Assembly: GCA_964495325.1 (NCBI GenBank)
Contig: CAZBVI010000002.1
Span: forward strand, 125,729 to 189,728
DNA: 64,000 nt
Direction: 5' to 3'
From: an uncultured bacterium
GTDB lineage: Bacteria > Deinococcota > Deinococci > Deinococcales > Trueperaceae
Shown: piece by piece, positions 47,231 through 55,234 of the stretch
How the letters are laid out: the number at the start of each line of letters is the position of its first letter
Position numbering within the stretch: position 1 is the first letter of the stretch
Made by a program: the position numbers and the translations under genes
Notes under the pieces: model-generated
The model's input: the letters and a program-made list of their open reading frames with translations, nothing else
Databases searched by the model: none
What the model was told of the DNA's origin: nothing

Positions 47231-47938
47231 TCAGTAGTACCAATCAGGCTCAATTGAAACCCTCGGCGAATCGCGACCAACAGGCAAGACCTCCCTGACT
47301 AAATCATACGTTTCCCGCGTGTGAACTCCCACAACCTCGATCAGCTCCCATGGGAACGACTCCTCAACGAGAAACTCCGCCTGCTTGCGCTCTTTGATTC
47401 TCGATGGCACGCCGGGCCCACTCCATTGGTGGGCTCTCACTGCCTTCCAGTCAATTTCGCTCAGCTCGGCTCGATCAGCTCTGTCTTCGAAGTAGTAGGA
47501 ACCAGCATTACTCAGAGTGAAAGCCCATCGCTTGTCGTTGTTCTCGGCCCAATCAATCGAAGCGTTCAGGTCGGCGACAAGATGAAGTATTGGACCCTGC
47601 CCACCGCCATAGTTGACACCCTCTCGGTTCCCCTTGTGAAGAAGGTAGAGCATTACCGACCGAGGGCAGAAGTAGAACGGTACGCATGCTCCAACGTACA
47701 GCCCCGGACAGCTGTTAATCTCCAAGGACAGCCGTCTGGCCTTGATCTCTGCCATTCCAACGGGGGTCCCTGGCAACACCTTCGTACGTGCAGCTCGATC
47801 ACACCACAACCGACCTTCCGACACCAGAGATGGCAACTTATCGACGTGGACGATGTGATAAATCTTGGGATCAGGCGGAACGCTCAATAATGACTCCAGT
47901 GTCGGCATTATACGCAGTGACTTGATGCAAGGCGCCAC
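47231..47938 (-). CDS. darT: DarT toxin (DUF4433 ssDNA thymidine ADP-ribosyltransferase)
   Basis: IYHIVHVDKLPSL, VPFYFCPRSVMLY, KQAEFLVEESFPWELIEVVGV and a C-terminal EPDWYY. These motifs are characteristic of DarT as known from Thermus and Mycobacterium. Confidence 0.85.
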   Translation of the reverse strand: MAPCIKSLRIMPTLESLLSVPPDPKIYHIVHVDKLPSLVSEGRLWCDRAARTKVLPGTPVGMAEIKARRLSLEINSCPGLYVGACVPFYFCPRSVMLYLLHKGNREGVNYGGGQGPILHLVADLNASIDWAENNDKRWAFTLSNAGSYYFEDRADRAELSEIDWKAVRAHQWSGPGVPSRIKERKQAEFLVEESFPWELIEVVGVHTRETYDLVREVLPVGRDSPRVSIEPDWYY

Positions 47939-47960
47939 ACGGCACTAGTAGGTAGCTCCG

Positions 47961-50378
47961 GTGGCACACACGCTCCGGACCATGCTTAAGCCACATCGAC
48001 GAAGTAATTTCGCACCGACAAGCCGAGCTGCATCACCACCGGCTACGATAGCCCTGATGCCTTCGGACACAGCAGCCCGCATTGTCCAGCTCGAGCGAGA
48101 GATCGCCTGCATGTCGGCTGACCTTGCAGAATTACGGGCTGAACTCACGGCGCTCCGGTCAGCCGAAGTCAGTACCGCAGTGAATCGCAACTCGCCGCCT
48201 TCCGCCAAGCTCGCGCTCTACTCATCGCTCTTCACCGGCAGAACGGACGCCTATGCGGTTCGCTGGACCAGTAATCGCACGGGCAAGAGCGGCTGGAGCC
48301 CGGCTGTGCGTGGCGGATTCTACACGGATGCTGCGACCGATGCTGACCTGCTGCCAATTGATGAAATGGTGCTCGCATGGCACCTCACCGGGTGCACACC
48401 ACAGGGGCGGGACTTTCACGCGGGCCTTTACCCAATGATGACTGACGACACCTGCAAGCTCCTCGCTTGCGACTTCGATGGCGGGTCATGGCGCGAGGAC
48501 ACCTCCGCTTATGCCCAGGCTTGTGCCAGTCACGGGGTACCCGTGGCGATTGAGATCTCGCGATCCGGCGACGGCGCTCACGCATGGCTGTTCTTTGAGG
48601 AAGAGGTGCCGGCTCAGGCCGCCCGGCGACTCGGAGCGGCCCTGCTTCAAGCTGGAATGGCCATGAGCGCATCCCTCGGACTCGGCAGCTACGACCGCTT
48701 CTTCCCGGCCCAGGACCTGTTGCCCAGCCGCTCCCCAGGACGGATGCAGCTGGGCAACCTGATCGCGCTCCCGCTACAAGGCACGTGTCGCAAACGTGGC
48801 ACCACGGTGTTTGCCGATCCGCGCAGCTGGCAGCCGTTCGAAGACCAGTTCGCCTACCTCTCAACGGTGCAGCGCTTCAGCTCGGAGCAGCTCGCGGCTC
48901 TCATCAGCGACCTGCGACCAGTAGTGGCCGGGCCAGCAAACCGGGTATCAACGCTGCCGCAGTCTCTGCTTCCGCTATCGGTGGAACAGATCGAACTGCG
49001 ACATGGGGCGACGCTTGACGTCCCGACTGACCGGCTTCCCCCAGGTCTGACTGCCGAACTGAAGCACCTCGCGTCTGTGCCCAACCCGGAGTTCTACCGG
49101 AAGCAGGCGCAGCGCTTCAGTACATTCGGAACACCACGCCACGTCCTCTGCTTCCAGCTCGACGGAAACACGTTGCGGTTGCCGCGTGGTCTGCACGACC
49201 AGGCTCTCGAGTTATTCGCCAAGTCCGGTATCACGGCGTCCGTCACCAGCACGATCAAGGTGCCACCCGGAGCATCTTTGAGCTTCACCGGCGATCTGAG
49301 GCCCGAACAGACAGAGGCAGTCTCACGAATCGCGCCCCACGACACCGGCGTACTCGTCGCCCCTCCGGGAGCCGGAAAGACCGTGATGGCTTGCGCACTC
49401 ATCGCGGCCAGGAAGGTCCCAACCGCAATCATCGTGAACCGCGCTGAGCTCGTGACCCAGTGGCGCACACGGTTGACAGAGTTCCTTGACATCGAAGACC
49501 GGCAGATCGGACAGCTCGGTAACGGTCGCCGCAAACGCAAGGGGCTGGTCGACTTGATCATGCTGCAGAGCATCAGCCACCGAAGTGCCGACCCATCAAT
49601 ACTTGCCGAGTACGGCCAGATCATCATCGACGAGTGCCACGCCATCGCCGCACCAGCTGCCGAAGCCGCCGTCCGCAACGTCGCGGCAAAGTATTGGCTG
49701 GGACTTACCGCCACGCCTTACCGTGCGGATCAGCTGGACGAGCTCATTACGATGCAATGCGGCCCGGTCCGCTTCGAGATGGAGGCGGAAGCGACTTCGG
49801 AGAAGCAACTGATCGTGCGCACCACGACCTTCACCACGGACGAACCCGGACACGACGGCGCATCGATCCAAGCGATGTACGGCGAGCTCGCCGGCGACTC
49901 CGCCCGCTCCAGGGCCATTGCCGACGATGTAGTCGCCGCCCATCAGCAGGGACGCCGCAGCCTCGTTCTCACGAACCGGCTCCAGCACCTTGAATCCCTC
50001 GAAGAGCTGTTGCGCGATCGACTCGACCATCTGCAGGTACTGCACGGCCGGTTGACCAGACGCGAGCGGGCTGCCGTCCTCGCCTCCGTCTCCCGGCAAG
50101 ACTACGAGCCCACAGTCCTGCTCGCGATAGACAAGGTCGCCGGCGAGGGCCTCGACCTGAGTGGGCTTGACACGCTCTTCCTCACGATGCCGATCTCGTT
50201 CCGCGGACGCATCGTTCAACAGGTCGGCCGGATCGGTCGGAGTGCCGGCGAGGCCAACACCGTCATCCGGGTGCACGACTACCATGACGAGCGTGTCCCT
50301 CTCTTCGATCGAATGTTCAGGAAGCGACGGCGAGTACTGGCGAGGTTGGGCTGGCAGCAGGAGTGGGCTACCGATTAG
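47961..50378 (+). CDS. Archaeo-eukaryotic primase (PrimPol-like) domain fused to an SF2 DExH helicase
   Basis: AEP motifs: LLACDFDG (DxD), SRSGDGAHAWLFF (sGxGxH) and YDRFFPAQD. Helicase motifs: APPGAGKT, IIIDECH, GLTATP, AGEGLDL and QQVGRIGR. The start is uncertain: GTG 47961, ATG 47982 or ATG 48057. Confidence 0.8.
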   Translation: MAHTLRTMLKPHRRSNFAPTSRAASPPATIALMPSDTAARIVQLEREIACMSADLAELRAELTALRSAEVSTAVNRNSPPSAKLALYSSLFTGRTDAYAVRWTSNRTGKSGWSPAVRGGFYTDAATDADLLPIDEMVLAWHLTGCTPQGRDFHAGLYPMMTDDTCKLLACDFDGGSWREDTSAYAQACASHGVPVAIEISRSGDGAHAWLFFEEEVPAQAARRLGAALLQAGMAMSASLGLGSYDRFFPAQDLLPSRSPGRMQLGNLIALPLQGTCRKRGTTVFADPRSWQPFEDQFAYLSTVQRFSSEQLAALISDLRPVVAGPANRVSTLPQSLLPLSVEQIELRHGATLDVPTDRLPPGLTAELKHLASVPNPEFYRKQAQRFSTFGTPRHVLCFQLDGNTLRLPRGLHDQALELFAKSGITASVTSTIKVPPGASLSFTGDLRPEQTEAVSRIAPHDTGVLVAPPGAGKTVMACALIAARKVPTAIIVNRAELVTQWRTRLTEFLDIEDRQIGQLGNGRRKRKGLVDLIMLQSISHRSADPSILAEYGQIIIDECHAIAAPAAEAAVRNVAAKYWLGLTATPYRADQLDELITMQCGPVRFEMEAEATSEKQLIVRTTTFTTDEPGHDGASIQAMYGELAGDSARSRAIADDVVAAHQQGRRSLVLTNRLQHLESLEELLRDRLDHLQVLHGRLTRRERAAVLASVSRQDYEPTVLLAIDKVAGEGLDLSGLDTLFLTMPISFRGRIVQQVGRIGRSAGEANTVIRVHDYHDERVPLFDRMFRKRRRVLARLGWQQEWATD

Positions 50379-50652
50379 CCCACCTGGCGAATCAGCCGCC
50401 ACTCGCGTCTGCTCAACCGTAATGTCTAAGCGCTGGAGCGGATCGCCGGGTAGATTCGGCTTGTTTCAGCCCGGGACACGGACTGTCGTCCGTTCGTACT
50501 GATTCGTCACGGCGCCATGAGTTGTCCTGTCGCTACGGATTTTTCCCGCGTCCCTGAGCTGCTACCAACCAATGCCAGCGAGCCTTCCGATAGTGCGAAA
50601 CGGCCGCCTACCTTAAACCATCACTTTAGATATTCATGACATATTAAAGCAC

Positions 50653-51798
50653 ATGTTCAAGCGGTCCCTACAACTGCCACCCCCCGGCGCAGAGACGCTC
50701 TTCCTTTGGGGACCGCGCCAGACGGGCAAATCCACCCTGCTCCGCCAAGCCTACCCGGATGCCCTTTGGATCGACCTCCTGAAGTCCGAAGAGTACTGCC
50801 GCTACCTACAGAATCCCGAGTTCCTGCGCCAGGAGCTGGCTGCACGATCCACCCCGCAAGTGGTGATCGACGAGGTACAGAAGGTTCCAGCCTTACTGGA
50901 CGAGGTGCACTGGCTGCTGGAGAACGGTGGTCCCAGCTTCGCACATTGCGGCTCCAGCGCCCGCAAGGTAAAGCGCGGTGTAGCCAACCTCCTGGGCGGC
51001 AGAGCCATACGTTTCGAACTCTTTGGCCTCTCAGCACACGAGATCGGACCGGACTTCGATCTGGACAGGCTGCTGAATCACAGCTACCTGCCCAGCATCT
51101 ATCAATCGGCCAAACCCAGGGCTCGGCTCAATACATACGTCTCGGATTACCTGCGCGAGGAGGTGATGGCTGAGGCGCTGGTTCGCAATGCATCAATCTT
51201 CGCTGACTTCCTGGAGGTAGCAGCACTGGGCGACACGGAACAGGTGAACTTCACCAACATCGCACGCGAGACCGGCACCTCCAGCCCGACAGTAAAGGCG
51301 TATTACGGGATTCTCGAGGACACGTTGCTCGGCAGGTGGCTACCTGCTTGGCAGAAGCGCCCGAAGAGGCGCACTGCAGTGGCTCCCAAGTTCTACTTCT
51401 CCGACGTCGGCGTGGTTAACCAGCTCGCGCGGCGGGGCACCGTGGAACCCAGGTCGGAACTCTACGGCAAGGCCTTCGAGAACTGGGTTCATCACGAGCT
51501 GACAGCCTACGCCTCCTACAGCAAGTCGTACGCCACGCTCAGTTTCTGGCGGCTGACCAGCGGCGCCGAAGTCGACTTCATAGTGAACGACATGCAGCTC
51601 GCCATCGAATCGAAAGCTTCTCACCGGCTCGGGGACCAGCACTTGCGCGGCCTGCGGGAACTGGCGAAGGACCATCCAGAGGTAGGCAACCGGGTGGTGG
51701 TGAGCCTCGAGCAGAAAGCCAGAACTACCTCTGATGGCATCCTGATACTGCCGGCACGCGAGTTCGTGAAGCTGCTATGGAGTGGAGAGTGGTACTGA
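50653..51798 (+). CDS. AAA-family ATPase with a DUF4143-like C-terminal domain
   Basis: LFLWGPRQTGKSTLL (Walker A), VVIDEVQK (Walker B), and a C-terminal FENWVHHEL...SFWRLTSGAEVDFIV (restriction-endonuclease-like tail typical of AAA_14/DUF4143). Confidence 0.8.
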   Translation: MFKRSLQLPPPGAETLFLWGPRQTGKSTLLRQAYPDALWIDLLKSEEYCRYLQNPEFLRQELAARSTPQVVIDEVQKVPALLDEVHWLLENGGPSFAHCGSSARKVKRGVANLLGGRAIRFELFGLSAHEIGPDFDLDRLLNHSYLPSIYQSAKPRARLNTYVSDYLREEVMAEALVRNASIFADFLEVAALGDTEQVNFTNIARETGTSSPTVKAYYGILEDTLLGRWLPAWQKRPKRRTAVAPKFYFSDVGVVNQLARRGTVEPRSELYGKAFENWVHHELTAYASYSKSYATLSFWRLTSGAEVDFIVNDMQLAIESKASHRLGDQHLRGLRELAKDHPEVGNRVVVSLEQKARTTSDGILILPAREFVKLLWSGEWY

Positions 51799-52109
51799 AG
51801 TCGCGGTTCTCGAACGCTGCCGGGCGAGGTACCTTCGCAGCAACTGCGCAACACCCAGCGACTTATTCGAGCTGAACCAATAAGCCGCTTGCGCGGGACA
51901 GTGCCACTCAGGCACCCTACCTCGCAGCTGCCCAGTTGACGCCCCTGCAACCACCAAGTAGACTGCACTTACTCTAAGCTCTAGATTAAGTGCCGTAACA
52001 GCAGCACCCGGCCACTTGATCGGAGTCCACGACCGTGGAATCGAAGGGAGGCCCGGAACCGCAGCTGGTCGGCAACGTTCATCTATCGCTTTATGGAAGG
52101 TACAGAGAA

Positions 52110-53444
52110 ATGTTGAAGAGCTTACGCAATCCGAAATCCTTAGCCGTGGCGCTGGCAACCAGCGCAGCAATCCTTGCAGGAACCGCACTTGGCCAGAACC
52201 TGGTCACGCCCGACCGCATCGGCAACGCGGACGCAGCGACTACCATCACGTGGGCGGGGCGCCAGACACTGTCGCATCAGATCGCCAACCCAGACCTAGC
52301 TGCCCACTTCGAACAGGCGTTCCAGGACTGGGCGGAGCGTCATCCCGACTTCAAGATCGAGCTGTCCATCATGGCCGGTGACGGCAACGAGGCGATGGCC
52401 CGCCTGCTCGAGCAGACCACGGCCGGGCGCCAGCCGGACTTCGCGCTGATCGACTCGTTCTTCCTGTCGACCTTCGCCCCGTACCTCCAGCCGATCGGCG
52501 ACTACCTGCCGGAAGGCGAGTTCGAGGACTTCGTTCCGTTCGCCCGCGAAGGCGTCGTGTTTGACGACGAGGTCAAGGCGCTCTGGATCACCACCGACGT
52601 GCGTGCGCTGTACTACAACACCGAGATCGTCGATACGCCGCCCACCACCTGGGACGAGATGTTCGAAACCGGTAAGGCTCTCGCGGACGAGGGCTACGTA
52701 GCTTACGTCTTCCCCGGCGGCCGTGGCGAGGGCGCGGTCATGGAGAACCTGCCGATGTTCTGGAGCCAGGGCGGCAGGCTCGTTGACGAGGACGGCCGTC
52801 CCGTCTTTAATGAGGGCGAAAACCGGACGGCGATGCTCAACGTCCTGTACTACCTCAGGGACCTGGTGGACGAAGGTGTCAGCCCAACGCGCGTCACCAC
52901 GTTTGGCAACGGCTCCGACCTCAACCCTGACATCGCCTCGGGCCAGGTCGCCATGTTCCTGGGCGGCAGCTGGATCCTCGGCCAGCTCCCCAACCTGCTC
53001 GGCGACGAGGAAGCCGCCAATTGGCACTTTGCTCCCATCCCGAACATGACGGCCGACCTGCCTCTCTCCACCGCGGTGGGCGGCTGGGCCATCGGCGTAC
53101 TCACCGAGGATGCGGCCAAGCAGGAGGCCATCGTCGACTTCATCCAGACTGTCTACTCGGGCTACGAGGGCATGGCCGGCCTCGCCAGCAATGGCAGCCT
53201 TCTGCCCACCCGCACAAGCGTGGCCAGCTACGACGACCCGTACTTCGAGGCCGACGACACCCGCGAGTTCTCCGCCATGACCGAATACGGCCGCCCGCGC
53301 CCCGGCGCGCCCATCTACCCGACCATCTCCACCGAGCTTCAGGTCGCGATCTCCGATACGATCTCGGGACGCAAGTCGGCCGAAGAAGCGCTTGACGACG
53401 CTTGGAACCGCGTGCTCGAGGAGCACACCGCCCAGCAGCAGTAA
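52110..53444 (+). CDS. Carbohydrate ABC transporter substrate-binding protein
   Basis: ATG at 52110. Signal peptide MLKSLRNPKSLAVALATSAAILAGTALGQ. The body looks like SBP_bac_1. Confidence 0.85.
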   Translation: MLKSLRNPKSLAVALATSAAILAGTALGQNLVTPDRIGNADAATTITWAGRQTLSHQIANPDLAAHFEQAFQDWAERHPDFKIELSIMAGDGNEAMARLLEQTTAGRQPDFALIDSFFLSTFAPYLQPIGDYLPEGEFEDFVPFAREGVVFDDEVKALWITTDVRALYYNTEIVDTPPTTWDEMFETGKALADEGYVAYVFPGGRGEGAVMENLPMFWSQGGRLVDEDGRPVFNEGENRTAMLNVLYYLRDLVDEGVSPTRVTTFGNGSDLNPDIASGQVAMFLGGSWILGQLPNLLGDEEAANWHFAPIPNMTADLPLSTAVGGWAIGVLTEDAAKQEAIVDFIQTVYSGYEGMAGLASNGSLLPTRTSVASYDDPYFEADDTREFSAMTEYGRPRPGAPIYPTISTELQVAISDTISGRKSAEEALDDAWNRVLEEHTAQQQ

Positions 53445-53452
53445 GTTGAACC

Positions 53453-53476
53453 GGGCCCCTCCCGACCGAGGGGCCC
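53453..53476 (+). promoter_or_regulatory. Intercistronic hairpin after the SBP gene
   Basis: 9-bp perfect inverted repeat GGGCCCCTC / GAGGGGCCC with a 6-nt loop. Confidence 0.55.
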
Positions 53477-53507
53477 ACACTTCAGTCCCAAGGAGCCACT
53501 GAGGAGC

Positions 53508-54395
53508 ATGCAGCACCGAAACCGACACGCCTATCTGCTGTGGCTCTTGCCCCTGATCTTCATGCTGGCGGCGTTCTATGCGTACCCGGTGATCGACCTG
53601 ATCCGGCTGTCATTCACCAACGCCAGCTTCCTGCATCCGACGTTCAGGTATGGCCTCAGCTCGTATGCCTCTATCTTTCGCGATCCCGACTTCCTCCATA
53701 CCGTCTGGATCACCCTCATATTTGTCTTCTTCAGTGTCACCCTGCAGATCGGCCTGGGCTTCCTCCTTGCCCTCATGTTCGATACCAGCAGCCGGCTGCG
53801 CCTGTTCGGCACCGTCGCCGCACGCACCTCCGTCCTGATCGGCTGGGCGATTCCCGGTGTGATCATCGGCATCATCTGGAACCTGATGTTCGTCGAGACC
53901 CGCTCCGGCATCCTCACTTATGGGCTCTCGCAGCTGGGCATCGGGCCGGTCCCCTTCCTGTCGGATCCCAACGTCGCGCTCGGCGCCGCGATCCTCGCAA
54001 ACGTCTGGCGCGGCACTGCGTTCAGCATGATCCTCCAGTACTCGGCGCTGCAGACGGTTCCGGCCGAGCTGACCGAAGCAGCCCGCATAGACGGTGCCTC
54101 GGCGGTGGGCGTCATCACGCGCGTGGTGCTGCCGTTCATCCTTCCGATCATCATGATCAACCTGGTACTGGCCACGATCAACACGTTCAATACGTTCGAT
54201 CTGATAATCGCACTCACCCGGGGTGGTCCCGGCCGCGCGACCGAGGTGCTCGCCATGAGCGTCTACAACAACGTGTTCCAGAACCTTTCCCTGGGGCGCG
54301 GCGCGGCTATCGCAGTCGTCTTGCTTGTCCTGAACGCGATCATGGCGGTCGGCTATTACCGGTTGCTCAAGCGGCAGAGCGGCGGCTCCCTGTGA
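53508..54395 (+). CDS. Carbohydrate ABC transporter permease
   Basis: 295 aa with LTEAARIDGASAVGVITRVVLPFILP (EAA loop). Confidence 0.9.
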   Translation: MQHRNRHAYLLWLLPLIFMLAAFYAYPVIDLIRLSFTNASFLHPTFRYGLSSYASIFRDPDFLHTVWITLIFVFFSVTLQIGLGFLLALMFDTSSRLRLFGTVAARTSVLIGWAIPGVIIGIIWNLMFVETRSGILTYGLSQLGIGPVPFLSDPNVALGAAILANVWRGTAFSMILQYSALQTVPAELTEAARIDGASAVGVITRVVLPFILPIIMINLVLATINTFNTFDLIIALTRGGPGRATEVLAMSVYNNVFQNLSLGRGAAIAVVLLVLNAIMAVGYYRLLKRQSGGSL

Positions 54396-55234
54396 AGCCG
54401 CGCACAGCCCGCAATCTCCAGAAGCTCACGCTATACCTGCTGATGGCAGCCACGGCGCTGCTGTTCCTGTTTCCCGTCCTCTGGGTGTTCTCACTGTCAC
54501 TCAAGGACGTGAGGCAGGTGTTTCAGTTCCCGCCCCGGCTGATTCCCGAGAATGCCTCGCTGGCGAACTACGAGTTCCTGCTCGGTCGAAGCCAGATCCC
54601 CACCTACATCTGGAACTCGATGAAGATCGTCTTCATGACAGTGGTCGGCACGATCTTCGTCGCCACACCGGCAGCCTATGCCCTTTCGCGCTTCCGAATC
54701 CCGCGCCAGCGCATGATCCTCTTCCTAATCCTGGCGTTCCAGATGCTCTCACCGATGGTGATCGCGATCCCGCTCTACCGCTACTTCAACCAGCTCAACC
54801 TGATCAACTCCCACTGGGGCGTCATTCTGGTTTACATAGCGTGGCAAGCGCCCTTCGCCACCTGGGTGCTCAAGGGCTTCATCGACTCGATCCCCATCGA
54901 GCTGGACGAGGCCGCCATGATAGACGGCGCGACTCGCTGGCAGAGCATGCTGCGGGTGATCATGCCCGTGTCGCTGCCGGGCCTGACTTCGGCGATGATC
55001 ATGATCGCCATCAACAGCTGGTCGCAGTTCATCATTCCGTTCGTCCTGATCGACTCTCAGTCACTGATGCCTGTCTCGGTGGGTATCCTTAACTTCCAGA
55101 ACACGCAGGAGGCGATCCAGGTCCACCTGCTCGCCGCCGCGAGCATCCTGGCGACGCTGCCAGCACTGGCAGTCTTTATCGTTCTTCAACGTTTCATTGT
55201 GCGTGCCCTGACGGCCGGCGCGGTGAAGGGATGA
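54392..55234 (+). CDS. Carbohydrate ABC transporter permease
   Basis: GTG start with a GTGA overlap. It forms the 3-prime part of the long ORF 53540..55234, whose 5-prime part is an Arg-rich shadow frame. Contains LDEAAMIDGATRWQSMLRVIMPVSLPG. Confidence 0.85.
   Translation: MKPRTARNLQKLTLYLLMAATALLFLFPVLWVFSLSLKDVRQVFQFPPRLIPENASLANYEFLLGRSQIPTYIWNSMKIVFMTVVGTIFVATPAAYALSRFRIPRQRMILFLILAFQMLSPMVIAIPLYRYFNQLNLINSHWGVILVYIAWQAPFATWVLKGFIDSIPIELDEAAMIDGATRWQSMLRVIMPVSLPGLTSAMIMIAINSWSQFIIPFVLIDSQSLMPVSVGILNFQNTQEAIQVHLLAAASILATLPALAVFIVLQRFIVRALTAGAVKG

Noticed and set aside
53540-54391. 5-prime two-thirds of the 564-aa ORF 53540..55234.
   Set aside because: This part is an Arg/Pro-rich out-of-frame shadow of the first sugar permease. 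Only the segment from the GTG at 54392 onward reads as a genuine permease.
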